Shown: positions 44,640 through 54,607 of the stretch, in pieces | How the letters are laid out: each line of letters starts with the position of its first letter | How positions within the stretch are numbered: the stretch's first letter is position 1 | From: Solirubrobacterales bacterium | GTDB lineage: Bacteria > Actinomycetota > Thermoleophilia > Solirubrobacterales > 70-9 | NCBI GenBank assembly: GCA_035265665.1 | Contig: DATFOK010000102.1 | Span: 4,705-68,704 of the forward strand | Direction of reading: 5' to 3' | Length of the DNA stretch: 64,000 bases | Made by a program: the position numbers and the translations under genes | Notes under the pieces: generated by a model | Databases searched by the model: none | Told to the model about the DNA's origin: nothing | What the model saw: the letters and a program-made list of their open reading frames with translations, nothing else

Positions 44640-45736
44640 AGGTGGCCGTCCTCGGCGCCGGCGGGACGATCGCACCGGCAATCGCCCACGACCTGGCCGA
44701 GTCCGAGGAGGTCACGACCATGCGCCTCCTCGACCTCGACCTGCACCGGGCTGAGGAGGTCGCGATCGAGCACGGGGGAGGAAAGGCGCAGGCTCGCCGA
44801 GCCGATGCGACGAACGACCTCGCCAAGCAGCTCGCCGGGATGGACGTGCTGGTGAACTCCGCCGCCTACCGGATCAACCTGGCCGCGATGCGCGCCTGCC
44901 TCGACGCGGGTTGTCACTACATGGACCTCGGCGGCCTCTACCACGTCACCGCCGAGCAGCTCGAGCTCTCACCGGAATTCGAGCAGCGCGGGCTGTTGGC
45001 GCTGCTCGGGATCGGCTCGGCGCCCGGCAAGACGAACCTGCTCGCCGCCCGGGCCATGCGCGAGCTGGCTGGCAGCCCGGCCTCGATCTCGATTCTCGCG
45101 GCCGGACGGGATCTCGACCCGCCGGATGGCGTCAGCTTCCCCTACGCCGTCAGGACGCTGCTCGACGAGATCACGATGCCGCCGATGGCGCTGATCGATG
45201 GCAGGCCGCGCGAGCTCGAGCCGCTGCAGGCGGGCCCCACCATCGACTTCGGCGAGCCGATCGGCGAGGGGGACACGATCTTCACCCTCCACTCGGAGGT
45301 GCTCACCTTCGGCGAAAGCTTCAGCTGCCCGAACGTGACCTTTGCGCTCTCGCTGTCACCGAAGGTGCTCGAGAGCCTGGAGAAGCTGCGGGGGGCGAGC
45401 GAGGAGCGGATGGCCGAAGTTGCTCGCTCCGCATCGCCCCCCTCAGCAAAGACCACCTCCGTCCACGTTGTCGAGGTGACCGGAGAGGACGCCGTGGTCC
45501 GCGCCCGGAGCGTCACCCCGCCACACCAGGCCTGGGGTCTCGGGGGCGGCATCGTCTCGACCGCGACGCCGGCGGCGGCCGCGGTCAGGCTGCTGGCCCG
45601 GGGGGACATCGAGCGGCGCGGGGCGCTCCCACCGGAAGGCTGCATCGACCCGGATGGGATGTTCGGCGAGCTCGAGATGCGCGGCGTCCGGTTCGACTTC
45701 ACCACCGCGCCGGTCGAGCGGGAGGCCGCCCTGTGA
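44636..45736 (+). CDS. Saccharopine dehydrogenase family NAD(P)-binding protein
   Basis: Sequence: MKVAVLGAGGTIAPAIAHDL...VLVNSAAYRINLAAMRACLDAGCHYMDLGG...LGIGSAPGKTN. GTGA overlaps at both ends. Confidence 0.8.
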   Translation: MKVAVLGAGGTIAPAIAHDLAESEEVTTMRLLDLDLHRAEEVAIEHGGGKAQARRADATNDLAKQLAGMDVLVNSAAYRINLAAMRACLDAGCHYMDLGGLYHVTAEQLELSPEFEQRGLLALLGIGSAPGKTNLLAARAMRELAGSPASISILAAGRDLDPPDGVSFPYAVRTLLDEITMPPMALIDGRPRELEPLQAGPTIDFGEPIGEGDTIFTLHSEVLTFGESFSCPNVTFALSLSPKVLESLEKLRGASEERMAEVARSASPPSAKTTSVHVVEVTGEDAVVRARSVTPPHQAWGLGGGIVSTATPAAAAVRLLARGDIERRGALPPEGCIDPDGMFGELEMRGVRFDFTTAPVEREAAL

Positions 45737-46863
45737 AGGTTGGTGTCCCCACCGAGATCAAGGAGGACGAGTACCGCGTCTCCCTGACCGCGGCCGGCGC
45801 GCGGGAGCTGCGGGAGCACGGCCACGAGGTTCTCATCCAGACCGGGGCGGGTGAGGGCAGCGCGATCTCGGACGACGCCTACGCCGCTCAGGGAGCGCAG
45901 ATCCTCCCCGACGCGGCCGCTGTCTTCGAGCAGGCCGAGATGGTGTTGGGCGTCAAGGAGACGCAGCTGGGAGAGGTCGAGATGCTGCGCCCGGACCACA
46001 CCCTGTTCACCTACCTGCATCTCGCCCCGGCGCCCGAGCTGACCAGGGCCCTGCAGGAGAGCGGCGCGACCTGCGTCGCCTACGAGACCGTCGAGGATTC
46101 GCAGGCGCGCCTGCCGCTGCTCGCCCCGATGAGCGAGATCGCCGGCAAGATCGCCACTCAGGCCGGCGCCTTCTTCCTGGAGAAGCCCCTCGGAGGCCGC
46201 GGGATCCTGCTTGGCGGCGTGCCGGGCGTCGCCGCCGCCACGGTGATGGTCATCGGCGGGGGCGCCGTCGGGATGAACGCAGCCTTCATCGCGATCGGGA
46301 TGGAGGCCGACGTCTTCACCTACGACGTCAACATCGACAAGCTCCGCGAACTCGACGTCGCGTTCGGCGGCCGCGCCTCCACCGTCTACTCCTCGACGCT
46401 GGCGATCGAGGAGATGCTTCCGCGCGCCGACCTGGTGATCGGCGCCGTGCTGGTGCACGGGGCCAAGGCGCCGTACGTGGTTCGCCGCGAGCAGCTCAAG
46501 CTGATGAAGCGCAACGCGGTCCTGGTCGACGTGGCCATCGACCAGGGCGGCTGCTTCGAGACGTCTCATCCCACCACCCACCGCGATCCGGTCTTCGAGG
46601 TCGAGGGGATCACCCACTACTGCGTCGCCAACATGCCCGGCGCCGTGCCTATCACCTCGACCTATGCCCTTACCAACGCCACGCTGCCGTACGTGCTGGC
46701 GCTGGCCGATCACGGCGTGGCCGAAGCCGCGCGACGGGACCCCGGGCTGCGGCTCGGCATCAACGTCGCGGCCGGTGCCGTCACGCACCCCGCCGTCGCC
46801 GAAGCCGTCGGTGTCGAGCACACTCCCGTCGAGGAAGTGCTCGGCCAAAAGCAGAAAGTCTGA
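45733..46863 (+). CDS. ald: Alanine dehydrogenase
   Basis: GTG 45733 gives [22 protein letters not shown]...MVLGVKE...FTYLHLAP...[12 protein letters not shown]...[14 protein letters not shown]. The upstream 274 codons of ORF 44911..46863 are out of frame over the previous gene. Confidence 0.92.
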   Translation: MKVGVPTEIKEDEYRVSLTAAGARELREHGHEVLIQTGAGEGSAISDDAYAAQGAQILPDAAAVFEQAEMVLGVKETQLGEVEMLRPDHTLFTYLHLAPAPELTRALQESGATCVAYETVEDSQARLPLLAPMSEIAGKIATQAGAFFLEKPLGGRGILLGGVPGVAAATVMVIGGGAVGMNAAFIAIGMEADVFTYDVNIDKLRELDVAFGGRASTVYSSTLAIEEMLPRADLVIGAVLVHGAKAPYVVRREQLKLMKRNAVLVDVAIDQGGCFETSHPTTHRDPVFEVEGITHYCVANMPGAVPITSTYALTNATLPYVLALADHGVAEAARRDPGLRLGINVAAGAVTHPAVAEAVGVEHTPVEEVLGQKQKV

Positions 46864-46877
46864 CCAAGGAGGAACAA

Positions 46878-48350
46878 ATGGAATCCGCCACCGCGGAGCA
46901 GCAGAAGAAGGATGCGACCGAGGTCCTCGACCTCAAGAACATGATCGGCGGCGAGTTCGTCGATCCGGCCGAGGGCAAGACCGAGGACGTGATCAACCCG
47001 GCCACCGGCGAGGTGATCGGGCACTCACCCCTCTCCACGGAGGAGGACGTCGACCGGGCCGTCAAGGCGGCGCGCGAGGCGTTCGAGACCTGGCAGTACA
47101 CGACACCGTCCCACCGCCAGGAGCTTCTTCTGAAGCTCGCCGACGGGTTCCAGGAGCGGGCCGAGGAGATCACCGACTGGGAGACCAGGGACGCGGGCAA
47201 GCCGCGCCAGGCGATGTTCGACGAGGAGATCCCCCCGATGGTGGATCAGCTCCGCTTCTTCGCCGGAGCCGCTCGGACGATGGAGGGGCGCGCCGCGGGT
47301 GAGTACATGGAGGACCACACCTCCTATATCCGCCGCGAGCCGGCTGGCGTGGTGGGCCAGATCACCCCCTGGAACTACCCGCTGATGATGGCCGTCTGGA
47401 AGATCGGCCCCGCGCTCGCCACCGGGTGCACCCTCGTCCTCAAGCCGGCCGAGACCACCCCGGTGACGACGCTCAAGATCCTGGCCGAGCTGGCGGCCGA
47501 GATCTATCCGCCCGGCGTCATGAACTTCATCGGCGGCCATGGCGACCCCGCGGGCGCTTCGCTGGTCACGCACCCCGAGGTCGCCATGGTCTCGCTGACC
47601 GGCTCTCCGGAGACCGGCAAGTGGATCGCCGAGCACGCGGCGCCCAGCCTGAAGAAGGTCCATCTGGAGCTCGGCGGGAAGGCGCCGGTGATCGTCTTCG
47701 ACGACGCCGACATGGAGCTGGCGATGGAGACGATCGCCGGAACCGGCTACTTCAACGCTGGCCAGGACTGCACCGCGGCGACCCGCGTGCTGGCCTCGAA
47801 GGGCGTCTACGACGACGTCGTCTCGGGCCTCGCCGAGCAGGCGAAGGACTACAAGACCGGCGACACGTTCGACCCCGACACCGTGCTTGGTCCGGTCAAC
47901 TCCGAGCGCCAGCGCGACCGCGTCGAGGGCTTCCTGAAGGACGCGAACGGCGCCGAGATCGTCACCGGCGGGAAGCGCCCGGATCTGCCGGGCTACTTCC
48001 TCGAGGCGACGGTGGTCGCCGGCCCGAACCAGGACGACCGGATGATCCAGGACGAGATCTTCGGCCCGGTGATCACGGTTCAGTCCGTCGACGACGAGGC
48101 GAAGGCGATCGAGTGGGCCAACGGTGTGCGCTACGGCCTGGCGTCATCGGTGTGGACCAAGGACGTCGGCCGCGCGATGCGCGTCTCGAAGGCCCTGAAG
48201 TTCGGTTGTGTCTGGGTCAACGACCACATCCCGATCGTGGCCGAGATGCCGCACGGCGGCTACAAGCAGTCCGGGTATGGCAAGGACCTCTCGGTCTACG
48301 CCTGCGAGGACTACACGCACATCAAGCACGTGATGGTCAATCACGCGTAA
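46878..48350 (+). CDS. Aldehyde dehydrogenase (gamma-aminobutyraldehyde dehydrogenase-like)
   Basis: Sequence: [14 protein letters not shown]...KPAETTP...[11 protein letters not shown]...[12 protein letters not shown]...GQDCTAATR...DEIFGPV. SD AAGGAGGA lies upstream. Confidence 0.9.
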   Translation: MESATAEQQKKDATEVLDLKNMIGGEFVDPAEGKTEDVINPATGEVIGHSPLSTEEDVDRAVKAAREAFETWQYTTPSHRQELLLKLADGFQERAEEITDWETRDAGKPRQAMFDEEIPPMVDQLRFFAGAARTMEGRAAGEYMEDHTSYIRREPAGVVGQITPWNYPLMMAVWKIGPALATGCTLVLKPAETTPVTTLKILAELAAEIYPPGVMNFIGGHGDPAGASLVTHPEVAMVSLTGSPETGKWIAEHAAPSLKKVHLELGGKAPVIVFDDADMELAMETIAGTGYFNAGQDCTAATRVLASKGVYDDVVSGLAEQAKDYKTGDTFDPDTVLGPVNSERQRDRVEGFLKDANGAEIVTGGKRPDLPGYFLEATVVAGPNQDDRMIQDEIFGPVITVQSVDDEAKAIEWANGVRYGLASSVWTKDVGRAMRVSKALKFGCVWVNDHIPIVAEMPHGGYKQSGYGKDLSVYACEDYTHIKHVMVNHA

Positions 48351-48374
48351 CCGGCTTGCGCCGGCGGGCGGGGG

Positions 48375-49592
48375 CTAGCCCTTCGCCCGCTGGCAGTAGC
48401 CGTATGAGGTGAGGTTCGCCGGGCCGAAGTAGCCGAACGCGCTCGCGGTGGTGGTGCCGTCGTCGTTCAGCGAGTTGCCGGTGTAGAAACCGTTGCGCGA
48501 GTCGAGCGCGAAGCCGGTGCTGGTCAGCCGCAGGTTCCGGGGGCAGGGCGGAGTTGTCGCGTCGGCGGTCGTGCCCTGCGCGACCGCGGTCGGAGCCGAG
48601 ACCACCTCGGTGAGGATCGGGCGCTTCTTCCTGACGCAGTAGGCGATCGAGGTGAGCTCGCCGCCGCCGGTCGTGCCGGTCCCGATGAAGGCGCTGCCCG
48701 TCACCTTCCAAGCCCTCGTGCCGACTGCCCGAGATTCGGTCACATAGTTGCCGCCGTCGCTCGCGAAGTTCGTGCGCTGGAAGCCGCCGGTGATCAGCTG
48801 CTGGCCCTTCGGGCAGCGGGCGATCGCCGACTTCGTCTGACCCGGCAGGATGAAGACGGTCTTGTGCGGCGTTGGGTTCTGCGGGATCTGCCCCCGGGCG
48901 CAGACGGCCTGGACGGTGACGTTCCGGGGGGTCGTCGAGTCCCAGCTGAGGTCGTAGAGGACCGTCGTGACGTGGAAGCCGCGCTGGGCACCGAGCCGCT
49001 CGAATGAATGCGGATAGACGCCCTCACCGTCCGAGCCGGGAGGCTGGTTGACGAGCATCCCGCCGCCGATCGGATAGGTGTTACCGGGACAAAGTGTCGT
49101 GAAGCGGTCAGCGTGGTCCGGTCCGGCGGTCTTGAAGGTCTTGGAGAGGATCCTGATGCCGCGGGGCGGCCCCGGCTTTCCCGGCTCGACCCTGGGACCC
49201 CGCCTGCCCTGGACCCGGATCGTGCCCAACGCCGAGTTGAGGATGTAGAGGCCGGACGAGTCGCGCAAGGCCATCATCACCTTGTTGCACGTCGTGCCGC
49301 GGCGCAGGACGAAGACCAAGTCGTTACGCGGGAGTGACCCCGCGCCCCTCGCTACGCCGACCTTGCGTCCGCGCGGGTCCTTCGTGATCTTTCTCGCCAG
49401 CTGCTGCGCGGGCGGATAGCAGCCGTCCTTGGAGATCGAGCGGAAGTAGAGGGCGATCTTGAACGCGTTCTCGAGCTTCGTCGTGGCCGGGTTGTGGCCG
49501 GCCCCGGTACGGCCGGCGTGAGCCGCCTGCGAGCAGGCGAGGACGCCTGCCAGGACGGCGACCGCGGTGGCGAGTCGAAGCGAGTTCCGCAC
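48375..49592 (-). CDS. Secreted protein of unknown function with three Cys-bracketed ~75-aa repeats
   Basis: Signal peptide MRNSLRLATAVAVLAGVLACSQAHA-like. The repeats are LCPGNTYPIGGG...VQAVCARG, RCPKGQQLITGGF...SIAYCVRK and PCPRNLRLTSTGF...SYGYCQRA. Confidence 0.7.
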   Translation of the reverse strand: MRNSLRLATAVAVLAGVLACSQAAHAGRTGAGHNPATTKLENAFKIALYFRSISKDGCYPPAQQLARKITKDPRGRKVGVARGAGSLPRNDLVFVLRRGTTCNKVMMALRDSSGLYILNSALGTIRVQGRRGPRVEPGKPGPPRGIRILSKTFKTAGPDHADRFTTLCPGNTYPIGGGMLVNQPPGSDGEGVYPHSFERLGAQRGFHVTTVLYDLSWDSTTPRNVTVQAVCARGQIPQNPTPHKTVFILPGQTKSAIARCPKGQQLITGGFQRTNFASDGGNYVTESRAVGTRAWKVTGSAFIGTGTTGGGELTSIAYCVRKKRPILTEVVSAPTAVAQGTTADATTPPCPRNLRLTSTGFALDSRNGFYTGNSLNDDGTTTASAFGYFGPANLTSYGYCQRAKG

Positions 49593-49594
49593 GA

Positions 49595-50363
49595 TCAGGA
49601 TTTAACACACCTCCTGACGAGAAAGAGCGCTCCCAGGATCGGCGTCACTCCGGCGAGCGCGAAGGGCCACCAGGTAATCCCCCCGTCCGAGTCCGCCGAC
49701 GCCGCGGCCGCCTTGGGTGGGCCACCCGGGAGGACCTGGGCGAGGAAGTTCGCGTAGGCATCGGCGCCGGTGAATGTTTGGGTGGAAGAGATCGGGCAGG
49801 AACCAGGCGCCCGGCTTCTGCTCGGCCTAGTGGTGCACCCGGCTGTACTCGACCCAGTCGAGCAGCAGAATCCGGTGCGGGAACTGCTTCCGGGCCTTGA
49901 AGAAGATGCCCGTGTCGGGGCGGGTGGGCGGCCCGTGTCCGCGTTGTACTCCGTGACCAGCCCCAGGACCCGCTTCTTGCCGAGCATCCGGAGCGCTTCG
50001 GAGATCAGGTCCGGATTGACGCCGCTGTTGCCGTAGTCGTTCACCAGGACGAGGTGCGGCAGCTTGCCCTTCCTGCGAAGCTTGGCGGCGACCTCGATCG
50101 CCTCCTTGAAGCCCCGGCAGCCCCGCGCGTTGACGGAGCAGCCGACCGCGTTCAAGTTCGGGATCGGCAGCAGCACGGTCGAGTCGCCGATCATGATCGG
50201 CGGCATGCCCTTCGGGTTGGGATTCACATGCGCCTCGCCCCCGGTGCACTCCTTTGCAGCCGAAGGCGGGTTCCCCGGCGCCGTGAGCGGCGACCGCGAG
50301 CGTCAGTGCCGCGACCAGCACGAGTGCAAGAGCGATCGTCTGTGATCCTCCCCGGCTGGCCAC
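49595..50363 (-). pseudogene. Disrupted SGNH/GDSL-type secreted hydrolase with a C-terminal TM anchor (about 3 frameshifts and 1 in-frame TAG)
   Basis: Sensible sequence alternates between two frames. Signal peptide MASRGGSQTIALALVLVAALTLAVAA is in frame A. PPIMIGDSTVLLP...LVLVNDYGNSG...VLGLVTEYNAD is in frame B. GIFFKARKQFPHRILLLDWVEYSRVHH-TAG(49827)-AEQKPGAWFLPDLFHPNIH is in frame A. FTGADAYANFLAQVL...WWPFALAGVTPILGALFLVRR is in frame B. Confidence 0.65.
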
Positions 50364-50376
50364 CGGACAAGGCTAG

Positions 50377-51222
50377 TTACGGAATTGCCGTGCTCTCGGC
50401 GATGGCGCCGGCGCCACCCGCGCGCGCGGCGACGCCTTCCTCGCGCGTCAAACGGTGCGCGAGGTAGACCGGGATGATCGAGAGCAGCACCACGATCAGC
50501 GCCACGACGTTCGTGATCGGCAGCTGCTGCCCGCGGAACAGGTTGCTGTAGATCCAGATCGGGAGGGTCTCGTCACCGGCGCCGAGCGTGAACGTGGTCA
50601 CGATGATCTCGTCGAAGGAGAGTGCGAACGCCAGCAACCCCCCGGCGACCAGCGCCGTCTGCATGCTGGGCAGCGTGACGAAGCGAAAGGTCTGCCAGGT
50701 GTGAGCGCCCAGGTCAGCGGACGCCTCCTCGAGGTTCGCCGAGACCCGGCGGAGCCGGGCGATCACGTTGTTGTAGATGACGACGATGCAGAAGGTGGCG
50801 TGTCCGACGATGACGGTGAACAGGCTCAGGCTGATCCCGAACACCTGCGTGAAGGTGTCGCTGAAGGCGAGGCCGGTGACGATTCCCGGCAGTGCGATCG
50901 GCAAGACCACGATGAATGAGATCGTTTCTCGCCCGAAGAACCGGTGCCTGGCAACGGCCATGGATGCGAGCGTGCCGAGCACCAGCGCGATCACGGTCGC
51001 CACCGCACCGACCTTGACCGAGGTGAAGAGAGCGTCACGCGCGCCCGAGTCCTTGATCGCCTCGCCGAACCACTCGGTGGTGAGACCGTCCAATGGCCAC
51101 TTGAGGGTCGTTCCGCCGTTGAACGCGTAGACCGCGACCACGATCAGGGGGATGTAGATGAAGGCGAGTGTGATGCCCACGCCCACGCGCAGCAGGTTCC
51201 TGGTTGCCGGTGAGAGCCTCAT
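50377..51222 (-). CDS. ABC transporter permease (PotC-like), second polyamine-type system
   Basis: Loop RRVSANLEEASADLGAHTWQTFRFVTLPSMQ. Polytopic. 4-nt overlap with the upstream permease gene. Confidence 0.9.
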   Translation of the reverse strand: MRLSPATRNLLRVGVGITLAFIYIPLIVVAVYAFNGGTTLKWPLDGLTTEWFGEAIKDSGARDALFTSVKVGAVATVIALVLGTLASMAVARHRFFGRETISFIVVLPIALPGIVTGLAFSDTFTQVFGISLSLFTVIVGHATFCIVVIYNNVIARLRRVSANLEEASADLGAHTWQTFRFVTLPSMQTALVAGGLLAFALSFDEIIVTTFTLGAGDETLPIWIYSNLFRGQQLPITNVVALIVVLLSIIPVYLAHRLTREEGVAARAGGAGAIAESTAIP

Positions 51223-52118
51223 AGGTGCTCGAACGCGCCCAGCCGCCTGGCGATCAGGAGGTAGATGATCATCACGATGATCGGGACCGTCGCGAAGGCG
51301 GACGCGAGAGGCAGGTTGTTGGTGTGGTCCGTGAAGACGACGTTGCCGATGAACTGCGTGTCGGGGGAGACCAGCGATGGCGTGATGTAGTCGCCCATCG
51401 TCAGTGAGAAGGTGAAGATTGAGCCCGCGACGATCGCTGGGAAGACGAGGGGCAGCACCACCCGCCTAAAGGAGTTCCAGGGCTTGCCGCCGAGATCCTC
51501 CGACGCCGAAATCAGGGAATTCGGGATTCGCTCGAGACCCGCGTAGATCGGCAGGATCATGTAGGGGAGCCAGAGGTAGCTCTCCACGAGCCAGACGGCG
51601 GTGGTCCCGTAGCCGGGTCCATCGAGGCCGATCGGGTCCAGGGCCCAGTTGACGATCCCTCCCGACGAGAGCATCGTCCGCCAGGCGTAGACCTTGACCA
51701 GGTAGAAGGACCAGAGCGGCATCAGGACTGCCACGAGCAGCAATCCCTTCATCCGTGGGCTGGCGACCTTCGCCATGTAGAAGGCGATCGGGAAGGCCAG
51801 GATCACGTCGGTGAGGGTCGCCGCCGCCGCGATCCCGATCGTTCGCAGGGCGACGTCCTTGTAGACCGGGGTGTCGATCAGCTCCCTGTAGTTGTCGAAG
51901 CTGAACCCCTTGACCAGCTCGCCGCTCAGGGCGTCGACCGACCAGAAGGCCGCGATCAGCAGAACGATCAGCGATCCGATGTAGCCGATCACGAGCCATC
52001 CGACCGGACCGGCCAGCAGGGCGCCCGCCTGGAGGCGAGAGCGGCCGTGGAAGAGGTCGGCGAGCCTGCGGCCCGCCGACCTCTTCTCCTCGCCGGCTGC
52101 TACGCCGGCTGCTTCCAC
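51219..52118 (-). CDS. ABC transporter permease (PotB-like), second system
   Basis: Loop RIPNSLISASEDLGGKPWNSFRRVVLPLVFP. Polytopic. Confidence 0.9.
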   Translation of the reverse strand: MEAAGVAAGEEKRSAGRRLADLFHGRSRLQAGALLAGPVGWLVIGYIGSLIVLLIAAFWSVDALSGELVKGFSFDNYRELIDTPVYKDVALRTIGIAAAATLTDVILAFPIAFYMAKVASPRMKGLLLVAVLMPLWSFYLVKVYAWRTMLSSGGIVNWALDPIGLDGPGYGTTAVWLVESYLWLPYMILPIYAGLERIPNSLISASEDLGGKPWNSFRRVVLPLVFPAIVAGSIFTFSLTMGDYITPSLVSPDTQFIGNVVFTDHTNNLPLASAFATVPIIVMIIYLLIARRLGAFEHL

Positions 52119-52154
52119 GGCCGGTGCTTCATGCGGTGATCTCTACGGCCGAAA

Positions 52155-53387
52155 TCACCCCTTGATCTCGGTCCACGCGGCGTCCCACTCGTTGTTGTCC
52201 TTGCAGACCTCGCCGCGGTCGTCACCGCAGTCCGCAAGTGGCGTGATCCAGTAGTAGACCTTGTCCCAGAACGCAGGATCGTCCGCGTGGTAGTTCGTGC
52301 AGAACTGCGGATCCGGCGGCAGCTCGTCGGCCTTGGCGGCCTGAGCCAGCGTGTCGGCTTCGCACGACTTGCTCTGGGCCGGCGCCTCACCGAAGTACTG
52401 GGCGACTTCAGCATTCGCCAGCGGCGAGATGATGAAGTCCATCCACCTGTACATGCAGTTCGGGTGCTTGGCCTCCGAGCTGATCATCCAGGTGTCGGAC
52501 CAACCGGTCGCGCCCTCTTCGGGCACGAACCCCTGGTTGGGACCAGGTGCCTCAACCGGCGCCTTCTCGGCGAGCAGGCTGAAGTACTGGTACTGCCAGG
52601 TGGTTCCGACGACCACGTCGCTGTTTGCGAACGACTGGATCTGCTTCGCTGCATCGGCCCAGTACTCGCCGACGTTCGCCTTCTGCTGTTTCAGCAGATC
52701 GACCGCCGCGTTGAACTGCTCCTCGTCGAGCTCGTATGGGTTGTCGATTCCCAGATCCGGGTTGTGCGCCTTCAGGTAGACGGCGGCGTCGGCGATGTAG
52801 ACCGAGTCGTCATAGACGCTGATCTTGCCCTGGTACTTGGACGCCTGGTTCGGATCGAGGATCACTCCCCATGACGTCGGGGCGGGCGTCACCTCGTCGG
52901 AGTTCCACATGAGCAGGTTCGCACCGCGCCCGTGAGGAATTCCGTACGGCGTGCCGTCGACCGTGTTGTACGGCTGGTTCTTGAGGTCCTCGAAGATGGT
53001 CTCGTAGTTCGGGACCAGGTCGAGGTTGACCGGATCGACGTCGTCGCCGGCGACCAGCCGGAGCGACGCGTTGCCGGATGCCGAGACGCCGTCGTACTGA
53101 CCGGATCGCATCAGGTCCACCATCTCGCTGGAGGTGCCGGCTTCCTTCAGATTGATCTTGCAGCCCGTCTGCTGCTCGAAATCGGACTGCCACGGGTCCG
53201 CGACGTAACCTGGCCAGGCGATCAGGTTCAGCTGGCCTTCGCCGGCCCCGACCTCCGTGGGTGCACCACTGGTGCCGCCGCTGTCATCGTCGTCCCCGCC
53301 GCAGCCGGCGATAACCAGCATGGTTGCGAGTAGCCCGGCGACTATCGCCGCGGGCACCCAGGCGGGGTGAGCTCTAGATCTGCTCAC
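52155..53387 (-). CDS. ABC substrate-binding lipoprotein (PotD/PotF-like), second system
   Basis: GTG 53387 follows GAGGAGAAGGACA. Lipobox LVIAGC. Sequence: LIAWPGYV...[11 protein letters not shown]...TTWQYQ. Confidence 0.85.
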   Translation of the reverse strand: MSRSRAHPAWVPAAIVAGLLATMLVIAGCGGDDDDSGGTSGAPTEVGAGEGQLNLIAWPGYVADPWQSDFEQQTGCKINLKEAGTSSEMVDLMRSGQYDGVSASGNASLRLVAGDDVDPVNLDLVPNYETIFEDLKNQPYNTVDGTPYGIPHGRGANLLMWNSDEVTPAPTSWGVILDPNQASKYQGKISVYDDSVYIADAAVYLKAHNPDLGIDNPYELDEEQFNAAVDLLKQQKANVGEYWADAAKQIQSFANSDVVVGTTWQYQYFSLLAEKAPVEAPGPNQGFVPEEGATGWSDTWMISSEAKHPNCMYRWMDFIISPLANAEVAQYFGEAPAQSKSCEADTLAQAAKADELPPDPQFCTNYHADDPAFWDKVYYWITPLADCGDDRGEVCKDNNEWDAAWTEIKG

Positions 53388-54345
53388 TGTCCTTCTCCTC
53401 TCCCTTTACGGCGACGGTCTGATCCGCTCGCCATCCGATTTTCACCTTCCGGCCGCGCTGACCCTGCACCTCCGAGGAGGTGGTTTCCTGGTTCTGGCGG
53501 ACGACTTGAAGTTCCCCTCCTGCCTCGAGGTCGACGAGGTAACGGGTGACCATGCCGGCGTAGGAGACGTCCCTGATCGTCCCCTCCTCGATGTGAAGCC
53601 CGCTGGGAGCCGCGCCGTTCTCGACGATGAAGATCTTCTCCGGGCGGACGGTGAAGCGCCGCCCGTCACGTTCGAGCAGGTTCGAGACTCCAACGAAGCC
53701 CGCGACGAACGCGTTGTCGGGGCGCTCGTAGATCTCGGTGGGGGCCCCGACCTGCTCGACCCGGCCATCGTTGAAGACGGCGATCCGGTCGGACATCGTC
53801 AGCGCCTCCTCCTGGTCGTGGGTCACGTAGATGAAGGTGATCCCGACCTCAGCCTGGATCGTGTTGAGCTCGACCTGCATCTGTTCGCGCAGCTTCAGAT
53901 CGAGCGCCCCGAGCGGCTCGTCGAGGAGGAGGACCCGGGGCTCGTTGACAATCGCCCGCGCCAGCGCGACGCGCTGCTGCTGGCCACCGGAGAGCTGGTT
54001 GGGCTTGCGCTGCTCGTAGCCCGCCAGCCGCACCGTGGCCAGGGCCTCGGAGGCCCGGCGACGCCGCTCCTCCTTGCCGACGCCCTTCACCCTAAGTCCG
54101 TACTCGACGTTCTCGCCCACGCTCATGTGGGGGAAGAGCGCGTAGTCCTGGAAGACCGTGTTGACCGATCGGACGTAGGGTGGCTGCCCGGTGACGTCCT
54201 GGCCGCCAAGCTCGACCCTGCCGGTGTCGGGCTCCTCGAACCCGGCGATCATCCGCAGGGTCGTGGTCTTGCCCGACCCCGACGGCCCGAGCAGGGTGAA
54301 GAACTCCCCGCGCTTCACCTCGAGGTCGAGTGAGTCGACGGCCAC
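53374..54345 (-). CDS. ABC transporter ATP-binding protein (PotA-like), second system; the annotated GTG start truncates the conserved N-terminus
   Basis: Walker [10 protein letters not shown], signature [15 protein letters not shown], Walker [12 protein letters not shown]. Homology ([14 protein letters not shown]) continues in frame upstream to 54474, but with no ATG, GTG or TTG. Confidence 0.8.
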   Translation of the reverse strand: MAVDSLDLEVKRGEFFTLLGPSGSGKTTTLRMIAGFEEPDTGRVELGGQDVTGQPPYVRSVNTVFQDYALFPHMSVGENVEYGLRVKGVGKEERRRRASEALATVRLAGYEQRKPNQLSGGQQQRVALARAIVNEPRVLLLDEPLGALDLKLREQMQVELNTIQAEVGITFIYVTHDQEEALTMSDRIAVFNDGRVEQVGAPTEIYERPDNAFVAGFVGVSNLLERDGRRFTVRPEKIFIVENGAAPSGLHIEEGTIRDVSYAGMVTRYLVDLEAGGELQVVRQNQETTSSEVQGQRGRKVKIGWRADQTVAVKGEEKDSEQI

Positions 54346-54607
54346 GACCTCCCCGTAGCGCTTGCTGACCCCGACCAGGCGAACGTCAGCGGGGTCGGGC
54401 GTCCCTCCCGAGTCAGGCGCAGTCTCACTGCTTGCGGGCGTCGCGGCTACCGCCGCCTCCGTCTCCTCGATCGCTCAGCGGGTCGGTTGTGCGCACCGTA
54501 TAACGCCGGTGTGCACCTAGGTATAGCCGAGCCTAACCCTGCCTCGCCAGGCCAGAGTGGCCAATCTTGCCCGGGAGGCTTGTACTTCCCGACTTCTACG
54601 TTCGGGA

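Noticed and set aside
44911-45732. N-terminal 274 codons of the 650-aa ORF 44911..46863
   Set aside because: It is an out-of-frame overlap with the saccharopine-DH-like gene (Arg/Gly/Ala-rich). Alanine dehydrogenase homology starts at GTG 45733, which overlaps the upstream TGA.
41575-46848. Long minus-strand ORFs 41575..42846 (423 aa), 42891..44681 (596 aa) and 45142..46848 (568 aa)
   Set aside because: They are antisense to the clearly recognisable aminotransferase, PucR and saccharopine-DH/Ald genes. Their composition is Arg/Gly/Asp/Pro-biased and they have no family signatures.
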